A stretch of 64,000 nucleotides of DNA from Syntrophaceae bacterium UBA6087. Lineage in GTDB: Bacteria > Desulfobacterota > Desulfomonilia > UBA1062. The translations under genes and the position numbers were made by a program. The notes under the pieces were generated by a model, which saw nothing but the letters and a program-made list of their open reading frames with translations, had not been told where the DNA came from and made no database searches. Positions 31,262 through 40,449 of the stretch are shown one piece after another. Where the stretch lies: positions 249,706 to 313,705 of the forward strand of contig DIXF01000002.1 in assembly GCA_002448235.1 (NCBI GenBank), read 5' to 3'. Positions within the stretch are counted from its first letter, which is position 1, and every line of letters starts with the position of its first letter.

Positions 31262-31951
31262 CTATTCCGTCTCGCCTTGTGTGGCAGAGGTGATGTAGAC
31301 CATGGTGAGAACCGCGAAGATATAAGCCTGAATGAAGCCCGTAAGCAGCCCGAGCACGTGGATGAATACCGGCATCACCAGCGGTACGACAACCAGCAGA
31401 ATCGCGGCTATCTTGCTCTCGGACATGATGTTTCCGAAAAGCCGCACGGCAAGGGCCAGAATGCGGGTAATTTCGCTGACGACGTTGAACGGCAGCATAA
31501 AGACTGAAGGGGTGGTAAATGTCTTCAGATAGGCGAGAACACCCCTGTTCCCGATTCCATACAGCGGGACGGCGACAAAGACGCATGCAGCTAAAGCCGT
31601 GGTGGTCGCCAGGGACCCGGTGGGAGGGACATAACCCGGAACGGCCGTGAACAGGTTGGACAGGACAATAAAGAGGAAGAGCGTTCCGATGAAAGAAAGG
31701 TATTTTTCCGCCTTTTCCTGGGAGATTTCTTCGATCTGGGATGAAAGGATCTCTACGACCGCCTCAAGGAAATTCTGCCAGGGACCGATTTTTCTTCCGG
31801 TCGAGAGTCTGCGTGTGGCCAGCAGGGAGATGAGAATCAATATCCCCATGGTGATCCAGGTGAAGAGGATCGTAACATTGAGTTTTATCCACCCCAGTTT
31901 CAGGAGCACGATCGCATCCGGGGTTATTTCGCTTATGCTCATGATTTCCAT
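31262..31951 (-). CDS. atpB: N-ATPase a subunit (AtpB). The start is uncertain: ATG at 31951 or 31942.
   Basis: Five TM helices, and the conserved stator Arg in RLFGNIMSE. The ATG overlaps the atpR stop (ATGA). Confidence 0.8.
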   Translation of the reverse strand: MEIMSISEITPDAIVLLKLGWIKLNVTILFTWITMGILILISLLATRRLSTGRKIGPWQNFLEAVVEILSSQIEEISQEKAEKYLSFIGTLFLFIVLSNLFTAVPGYVPPTGSLATTTALAACVFVAVPLYGIGNRGVLAYLKTFTTPSVFMLPFNVVSEITRILALAVRLFGNIMSESKIAAILLVVVPLVMPVFIHVLGLLTGFIQAYIFAVLTMVYITSATQGETE

Positions 31952-32253
31952 TTTGTCCCCCCTGCAGGGCTTGTCTCCCCTATTGCTGCGGGGCGCCATA
32001 TCATGATCATTGTCTGCCTTGTGCAGAAGAATCCGAGAGTGCATGCGACGAGACGCAGCCACTCGCCGTTTGAAACCAGGGAGAAGATGACGGCGGTCAA
32101 ACCGGTACGCAGCAAAAAACTTCCTAAAAGGTATAATCCCGGTTTCTGCATTGACCGTATACGCCTGACCGTGAACAGAAGGCCGCCGAAGTAGCCGAAC
32201 CCTGTTCCCACTCCTGTCAGGAATACGAGGAACAGTGAGAAGGAATCATTCAT
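31939..32253 (-). CDS. atpR: AtpR: N-ATPase-specific small membrane subunit
   Basis: 104 aa with 2-3 TM helices and a conserved intramembrane Arg (LLRTGL). Sits between atpQ and atpB, as in N-ATPase operons. Confidence 0.7.
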   Translation of the reverse strand: MNDSFSLFLVFLTGVGTGFGYFGGLLFTVRRIRSMQKPGLYLLGSFLLRTGLTAVIFSLVSNGEWLRLVACTLGFFCTRQTMIMIWRPAAIGETSPAGGTKWKS

Positions 32254-32588
32254 TGGCTCTACCGTCCTTCCGCTGCATTCCTTTCCGGGCTTTTATCTTC
32301 AGCATGGTCTTTACCCAGAACCATGCATTCAGGCAGCCGAGGATGAGCCCGATAAAGAGCAGCATCAGCGTCCACGAGTATTGACTGGGGAATCGCGAGT
32401 CAATCCATGCCCCAAGCGCTATTCCGATGAGGGTGGGGATGATTACCGACCACCCCACGAGCCCGACCATGCCCAGCCCATACACCAGGCTTATTTTTCT
32501 TTCGCGCTCAGCCTTCTCCTTTCTCTTCTCCTTGACGTCGATTTGTCTGACAAACCTTTCTCCCCGTCTTTTCTTCTTTTCCTGGAAA

Positions 32589-32596
<8 letters not shown>
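32246..32596 (-). CDS. atpQ: AtpQ (AtpZ/AtpI-like, PF09527-type) N-ATPase accessory membrane protein
   Basis: Lys/Arg-rich N-terminus, then 2 TM helices (GLGMVGLVGWSVIIPTLIGIALGAWID). 8-nt overlaps with both neighbours. Confidence 0.7.
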
Positions 32597-34440
<1,844 letters not shown>

Positions 34441-35015
34441 TTAACGATAAAGCCGTTGATGTCGCGAAAGGACTCCATAAAGAGAACCTGTCCTTAAATT
34501 CATGAATAGGGCTGTTTGCCACATTCTCAATCCTTTTTTTGCCCGGGAGCAGGAGTCCGATCGCGAAGGTGCAGACGGTATTTTTAAGGTAAAGCTGTCT
34601 CAGGGCTCGTACTTTTCTGGAATGCTTCTCGCCCTGCAGGTTTGAGTGTGGACCTGTTATTGGGCAGCTTTAAAGAAGATGTATTGCTAATGATCATATT
34701 CGGGAGTATTATTGAGCAAGTACATGACGTGACTGCATTATAGAAAGCAAAGTTGACAGGCCTACATCAATAATGATAGAAAACATGAAGTAACGCATTC
34801 AACAAGGCAATATAATAATATAGCTACCTAAGATCTACTTATAAAATAATGCAGATATACTTGCAATTAATCTATATATATTGCATGTAAGCTGGCATAA
34901 GTCATTCCTGCAGACCGTCTAAACCCTCTCGGAAGGGAATTCAACCTGATGTACAGCTCCGATTGAACTCCCTCCCGGAGAGGATCTGAAGTCTTCAGAG
35001 GGATTATCCCAGGCC

Positions 35016-35783
35016 TTATTGCCCAGCCAGCCTGCAGGTCTTATCGCCGTTTCCTCCGGATCTCAAGTCATCGGAGCTCATCATGGTAATATCCTGGTCC
35101 TGTAGGAATTGTTTCATTTTCTGCAGTGATCTTACCTGGAGCTGTCTCACCCGCTCCTGGCTCAAACCGAGCTGCGACCCTATTTCCATGAGGGTGACCG
35201 GCGGGTCTGAATAAAAGCGTTTCAGGATAATGAACAGCTCCCTCCTCGTCAGCATGGTAAATCCCTGCTGAAAGAGAAAAGATACCTGCCGGGATATTTC
35301 TCTTCCGGAATAAAGCGATTCCAGATCAAAATCATCGGTCAGGTAATCAACCCACCGGTCGGTTTCACTCGGGTCGCCGGCTATGGTTTCGTCCAGGGAA
35401 AGAAGATCTTTTGTATGCCGCAAGGTCCCTGTGCGGATCTTGCTGCTCTTACGGATAAAATCCTTTATGGATGCTTCGATCCACCATACCGCATAATAAA
35501 TGAAGTGTACGCCACGATCGGGATCGAAACGGGTAAGGGCTTTCATAAGGCCCAGGTTTCCTTCTTGGACTATTTCCAGGTAGTTGTGGCCGCTATTGAA
35601 ATATTTCTGGCTAACCTTTACGACGAACCGTAAGTTAGCATGGATTATCTTTTGGCCCGCGAAGACGTCTCCCTGCTGGTACTCCTTTGCCAGCTTGTAC
35701 TCCTCTTCGGGTGTTAAGAGAGGGTATCTCCTGATTTTTCTTAAATACAACTGCAATTCTGAATAGTCATGTCTGTTTGCCAT
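35016..35783 (-). CDS. Sigma-70-family alternative sigma factor. It has regions 2-4 but no region 1.1 (group 3, RpoH/SigB-like).
   Basis: Regions 2.1-2.4 (ANLRFVVKVSQKY...LEIVQEGNLGLMKALTRFDPDRGVHFIYYAVWWI) and region 4 HTH (LMEIGSQLGLSQERVRQLQVRSLQKM). The start overlaps the upstream gene by 17 nt. Confidence 0.85.
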   Translation of the reverse strand: MANRHDYSELQLYLRKIRRYPLLTPEEEYKLAKEYQQGDVFAGQKIIHANLRFVVKVSQKYFNSGHNYLEIVQEGNLGLMKALTRFDPDRGVHFIYYAVWWIEASIKDFIRKSSKIRTGTLRHTKDLLSLDETIAGDPSETDRWVDYLTDDFDLESLYSGREISRQVSFLFQQGFTMLTRRELFIILKRFYSDPPVTLMEIGSQLGLSQERVRQLQVRSLQKMKQFLQDQDITMMSSDDLRSGGNGDKTCRLAGQ

Positions 35784-37548
35784 ATACCTTTACCTTTCCT
35801 GAAAGTAGCTTTACTGATTCTATGATTTCTTCCGGTTGATGAAGTTTACTGTCTGCCTTATAGCGCCTGATTGTCCGTCTGCCCGATATAACCGTTTCGA
35901 TGAGATTGGCGGTCTCCGGGTAGGTCTCTTTTAATGCCTTTTCTATATGCTCAGCGGTAACCATTCTGGTTTCCGAATAATCCTGGGCCCGTTCGATTAC
36001 GAGCAGCAGCTTCATAAGATGGCTTTCGAAGTCTCCCTTCATGAATTGCGGATGACTGCAGAGAGAAACGATTGCCTGCCGTGCGGATATATGGAAATAC
36101 TTCCTGCTGCTGATGGTACGCATATTATCAAATGACGTTTCCTTCGGCAGCCGCCGGCCCGACGCCGGCACCTTACTTCCGATGGGTCTCCCGACGAGGG
36201 AACAAAAATCCGGATCTACAAACGAAAGTATGGAATACGCGCACGTGCTTCCGCTAATTACAATGGTCGCATTGAAGGGTATTGCTTCGGCATTCGGGCT
36301 TCCGGTAGCAAAAAAGCTCCCATGCGGAACAGCAGGCATGAAAGAGATCTCTTTTTGAGAAACAGTACTTTTCAACATTTCCCAGAGGTGGAACCGGCGA
36401 AGGATCCAGGAAGCCTCGAACACGAGAATCCCCCCGTTTGCTCGGTGCAGATCTCCGGCCTTTATCTGGGTAAAATCTATCCGGGATAGGGGGAGGGATC
36501 TGTGAGTATTATTGAAACACCCAAACAAGTCTTCGCACCCTGCGTTCCGGACGAAAACAAGAGGGCGGCGTTTTGTGTCTGCCCTGCTGACAAGGACATT
36601 GACCGTGTAAGGTGAGTAAAGATCCTGATGTGAGGTATACCGCTCGGTGTTCACCGGAGCACCGGGAGAGTCTTCTTCAGTGGGTAAGGTGAAGATGTGC
36701 AGATTGTTGAGGATGTCTTCCTCTACATCTTCCAGATACACAAGCACCTTCGGCAAACGCCGATATTTTTTCCTGATTCTGGCCATCAGTGGGTGAATCG
36801 CTTCCCGTGCATGCTCTCTCGTCAGTGCATCGAGCTCTTCGGTGCACCGTTTTTTGAGTAGCCTTACCCGGTCGCGTATGATCCGGTAATCTACCGGCTG
36901 CGGTTGATCGAAAATCGCAACAGCACTGGTAGCGGCGGGTATCGTGCCTACCCCGGAAAACGCTATGACCGGATCGGCAAAGTTTTCTTCCGGGGTTTTA
37001 GATCCCTGTAAGACATGGTTGTGAAGACGTCTCTTGAGGCTCTTATAGAGAGGTCTGACCGTGGACTGCTCCTGCTGGTCATAGTACTCCTTGAGTTGCC
37101 CAAGCTTTTTCTGGAAACTGTCGGAAACCAGGATACCGCGGAGGCGCTGCCGTATTTCGTCGATAAGATGTTCCATATCGGAACGGAACTGCATCCCTCT
37201 TCCTGAAGGAAGATCAATAACTCTTGGCCGTGATTCTACCTGGAAGTTATGGACACAGCACAAATCGCAGGGTTGTGGGAGAGATCGTCCCATATGATTC
37301 AAATGCCGGATGAATTCCCTGCTGCCGTATGAATGATCCTCTGAAGAGAGGAGGAAGAGAAAATCCGTCCCCTTCTCAACAGGGATCGCCCATCTCTGTG
37401 CAAAGGACCAAATCGGGTTTTTAGCCAACTTTCCAAAAAGATCGTACATTATTCCTTGCAACGTATTTTTCCCCTTAAATATTTGCTTCCGAGCCTGGTG
37501 ACCGTCTTTCATGCGGGTTGCCAATTGTGGTTTCAGGTAGCTACCCAA
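35767..37548 (-). CDS. Lon-like/EBP-like degenerate AAA+ domain protein (593 aa) with no recognisable protease domain. The start is uncertain (TTG at 37548 or ATG at 37449).
   Basis: EDLFGC...DLHRANGGILVFEA resembles the LonB/sigma-54-EBP Walker B neighbourhood but lacks the DE pair. The putative P-loop FSGVGTIPAATS has lost its Lys. A C-terminal AAA lid-like helical bundle is present. No Ser-Lys Lon catalytic motif and no GAFTGA. Confidence 0.6.
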   Translation of the reverse strand: MGSYLKPQLATRMKDGHQARKQIFKGKNTLQGIMYDLFGKLAKNPIWSFAQRWAIPVEKGTDFLFLLSSEDHSYGSREFIRHLNHMGRSLPQPCDLCCVHNFQVESRPRVIDLPSGRGMQFRSDMEHLIDEIRQRLRGILVSDSFQKKLGQLKEYYDQQEQSTVRPLYKSLKRRLHNHVLQGSKTPEENFADPVIAFSGVGTIPAATSAVAIFDQPQPVDYRIIRDRVRLLKKRCTEELDALTREHAREAIHPLMARIRKKYRRLPKVLVYLEDVEEDILNNLHIFTLPTEEDSPGAPVNTERYTSHQDLYSPYTVNVLVSRADTKRRPLVFVRNAGCEDLFGCFNNTHRSLPLSRIDFTQIKAGDLHRANGGILVFEASWILRRFHLWEMLKSTVSQKEISFMPAVPHGSFFATGSPNAEAIPFNATIVISGSTCAYSILSFVDPDFCSLVGRPIGSKVPASGRRLPKETSFDNMRTISSRKYFHISARQAIVSLCSHPQFMKGDFESHLMKLLLVIERAQDYSETRMVTAEHIEKALKETYPETANLIETVISGRRTIRRYKADSKLHQPEEIIESVKLLSGKVKVYGKQT

Positions 37549-37790
37549 AATGCAGAGTGGCTTGAAGCACTGAACATCTTCATCTTATGAGATCTTCTCA
37601 TGCGTACCCTTGTTGTCCATTTCTTTAGTAAAGGCCGGGCAACGCGCCGGCTTGTATCGTTCCTTTTTTTATCAGGTACTTGAAGAAACTCTCCACTATG
37701 CGCCATATAATTTCTCTCATTCCCATGCTGCTAATGAAGGGTGAGAAGGCTTTAGGGGCCTCATGGAGCATCGCCGTCTTAATGATCAAA

Positions 37791-38055
37791 TCAGTCGAAC
37801 AATTCAGGAAAGCTCTCCCTTACGTCGCGAGGGTGTTTGAATCTGATCCGACCATGTAAAAACATGCTGGAGATCTTTTTTGCGATAAGCCTGTCCTGAG
37901 CGGGAATGTATTTCCCCTGGACAGATTCGGAAAAGCGAGAGCCTTTCGTATTGTCAATGCTCTCGCCTATTGCCTCCATGAGGTCATAGAGGGTGGTGGT
38001 GATTTCTACTTTTCTGCTCCTCGATCCTACTGAACTATAACCACTATGTATGCTC
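37791..38055 (-). CDS. Hypothetical small protein (88 aa) with a very strong RBS
   Basis: GGAGGAT Shine-Dalgarno 5 nt before the ATG (MSIHSGYSS...). No family recognised. Confidence 0.55.
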
Positions 38056-38377
38056 ATAGTAAATCCTCCTATTGTCTCTGTTGAGGTTCGGGCATTCATC
38101 TTCTTCAGTACGGATGAAGCCCGTGCGTCACAGCCTCTTTATTCAAATGGTGTGCCGTTGTTGTGAAACTGAAATAAATCACATAAATTCATTCAGGTAA
38201 GAAATTGGGCTCTGAAACACAGTTCTCCTGTGCACCGATTGCTGTCCTGTGAAGCGGGATAAGTCCTCTCTGATGAGATTCTCACTCGTGAAGATATAAA
38301 TTCAGGCGAAATCCCGACGCGTTATGTCCATCGATCACGCCGGACATTACATTTCTATGATTAGCTATACCTATTAG

Positions 38378-38396
38378 CCTGCTCCTCCGGTGCCAT
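38378..38396 (-). promoter_or_regulatory. Candidate sigma-54 (-24/-12) promoter on the minus strand: TGGCACcggaggaGCA
   Basis: Perfect -24 TGGCAC with the GG-N10-GC spacing. The -12 box carries only the GC. Lies about 115 nt downstream of the Fis-like gene and about 320 nt upstream of the 88-aa ORF. Confidence 0.35.
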
Positions 38397-38511
38397 GAAA
38401 AAAGAATCACTCCCCGGCATTATGACCGGCGGGATAGAGCAGGTTCCTGCCCGGCATCGGATTAACCTTTACGGCCGTTCTTGGAAGGACTGTTTTTCAA
38501 GGAAGTACTGG

Positions 38512-38754
38512 TTACATATGCCTTGAGAGGTCATGTTTATGGAGCAGTGCGTATAATCGGGAGCGCGACAACCCGGATATCCTGCAGGCATTCGATACAT
38601 CGCCAGAGGTGCATTTCATCAGTTCCACGAGATAGAAGCGCTCTACCTCTGTAATGTACCGGTTACGGATCGAGCGCAGCCGAGGAAGATCGGGCGACGG
38701 CGACCGGTTCATTTTTATGAGGATCTGAGTGAATGACGGTTTCTGAATATCCAT
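38512..38754 (-). CDS. Small stand-alone Fis-type HTH (HTH_8) protein, a paralog of the C-terminal DNA-binding domain of the adjacent sigma-54 response regulator
   Basis: ERFYLVELMKCTSGDVSNACRISGLSRSRLYALLHKH is collinear with the response regulator's C-terminus EEQYLKELLRQAKSDIKTACRVSGLSRSRLYALLKKY (about 70% nucleotide identity). Weak Shine-Dalgarno. Confidence 0.45.
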   Translation of the reverse strand: MDIQKPSFTQILIKMNRSPSPDLPRLRSIRNRYITEVERFYLVELMKCTSGDVSNACRISGLSRSRLYALLHKHDLSRHM

Positions 38755-39023
38755 ACGGCACAGTTATAACAAGGTATATGCCAACATGATCGAACTGAAT
38801 AGAAACAAAAACCATAAAAATTATGAATTCAGCAGGTTAGAAGCATAAAAACCCTTCTAACTGCTATGAATGAATAGAAAGTCGCCTCTCACTGGATTTC
38901 CTGAATGCGAATACCGGGGAAAGGAGAGTCCACTGGGAGAGAGACGATCTGCCGTCCAAACATGACTGTCCGGAGGAATCCTGTTTTTTAATAAAAATGG
39001 ACGCTGAGAAGGAAACAGGCCGA

Positions 39024-40427
39024 TCAGGAGATCTCGTACTTTTTCAGCAGGGCATATAAGCGCGAGCGGGAGAGTCCGGAGACCCTGCAGGCGGTCTTGA
39101 TATCGGATTTTGCCTGTCGCAGAAGCTCTTTAAGGTACTGCTCCTCGATCTCGCTTACTGCCTCTTCGCGGACATCTTTGAGGCTTGGCAGACTGTTGTC
39201 CCCCGACACAACGATTGTTTCTGGTTGGACCTGCTTTTTAGCAGCGGCAGCCCGCTTGACATGGACATGTATATGATAGGGAAGGTGCTTTGGCACGAGG
39301 ATCGGGCTGTCATGAGCTACAGCAAGTGCGCTCTCGAGGGCATGTATGATCTCCCGGACGTTGCCCGGCCATGAGTACTGCAGAAGGATGTCGCGGAAGG
39401 CGGCACTGACACGCTTGGGCTTTATCCCGTATTTTTTGCTGTGCCGCTTGAGGTAATGATTTGTCAGCTCCTGGATGTCTTCGGGGCGCTCTCTCAGTGG
39501 AGGCAGATCGATACTGATGGACCTGAGCCTGAAGAGGAGATCCTTCCTGAATCTCTTGCTCTGAACCACATCATCCAGATTGCGATTCGTAGCGGAAATG
39601 ACACGGAAATCGCTCTCCACCTCGCTCGATTTTCCTATGGGCCGGAAACGCCCTTCCTGCAGGACGCGCAGGAACTTTTTCTGGACGGAAAGGGGAAGCT
39701 CTCCCACTTCGTCCAGGAACAGTGTCCCTTTATGGGCCTGGCTCACCAGGCCGGGCTGGGCTTTGTCTGCGCCGGTATACGAGCCTTTCTCGTATCCGAA
39801 GAGAATGCTTTCTACGAGATTGGGTGGCAGGGCCGCACAGTCGACAACCACAAAATCGTTCCCGGCGCGAAGCGAGTGATTGTGTATTGCCCGGGCAAAA
39901 AGCTCCTTGCCGGTGCCCGTCTCTCCGGTAATCAGTACGCTCGCGTCATTGGCGAGTGTCTTGCTCAAGAGCGTCAGGCATTTTTTCATCCCCGGACTGT
40001 GCCCGATAATCCCTTCCTTTTCGAAATTCAGCACTGCCTGGGGGAGGCAGTTGCTCTCGTGGTAGAGGATCGCATCTTTGAGAAGCTGCGACAGATCGTT
40101 TTTTGAGAAAGGTTTTTCAATATAATCCCATGCTCCCCGGGAGAGGGCCAGTTCCACTGATTCGGGGTCTCCATAAGCGGTAATGACGATTACCTCGGGA
40201 GATCCGCTGTTCTTGCAAACCTGGGGAAGAATGTCGATGCCGTTTCCGTCCGGCATGCGGACATCGAGGAAGACAACGTCGTATGCCTCTGCCCTGACCG
40301 CATCGAGCCCTTCCTCGAGGGTAAAGGCCTGGTTGCTGTTATATCCCAGGAGGCGCGACACGTTTGCAATGGAGCTGCAAACAAGCTTGTCGTCATCGAT
40401 TACGAGGATCTTTTTACGTTCTTCCAT
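39024..40427 (-). CDS. Sigma-54-dependent response regulator (NtrC family): receiver, AAA+ EBP domain and Fis-type HTH
   Basis: Receiver domain with phospho-accepting D (VVFLDVRMPDGNG). Walker A GETGTGKE. GAFTGA-equivalent GSYTGA. ESILFGYEKG. Walker B TLFLDEVG. C-terminal HTH. Confidence 0.9.
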   Translation of the reverse strand: MEERKKILVIDDDKLVCSSIANVSRLLGYNSNQAFTLEEGLDAVRAEAYDVVFLDVRMPDGNGIDILPQVCKNSGSPEVIVITAYGDPESVELALSRGAWDYIEKPFSKNDLSQLLKDAILYHESNCLPQAVLNFEKEGIIGHSPGMKKCLTLLSKTLANDASVLITGETGTGKELFARAIHNHSLRAGNDFVVVDCAALPPNLVESILFGYEKGSYTGADKAQPGLVSQAHKGTLFLDEVGELPLSVQKKFLRVLQEGRFRPIGKSSEVESDFRVISATNRNLDDVVQSKRFRKDLLFRLRSISIDLPPLRERPEDIQELTNHYLKRHSKKYGIKPKRVSAAFRDILLQYSWPGNVREIIHALESALAVAHDSPILVPKHLPYHIHVHVKRAAAAKKQVQPETIVVSGDNSLPSLKDVREEAVSEIEEQYLKELLRQAKSDIKTACRVSGLSRSRLYALLKKYEIS

Positions 40428-40449
40428 GCGAAATTCTCATAAGACTGTT

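Noticed and set aside
35767-37548. Lon-like protein as an active ATP-dependent protease
   Set aside because: The P-loop lysine and Walker B acidic pair are not present. No Ser-Lys protease domain follows the AAA lid. I therefore call it a degenerate AAA+ scaffold.
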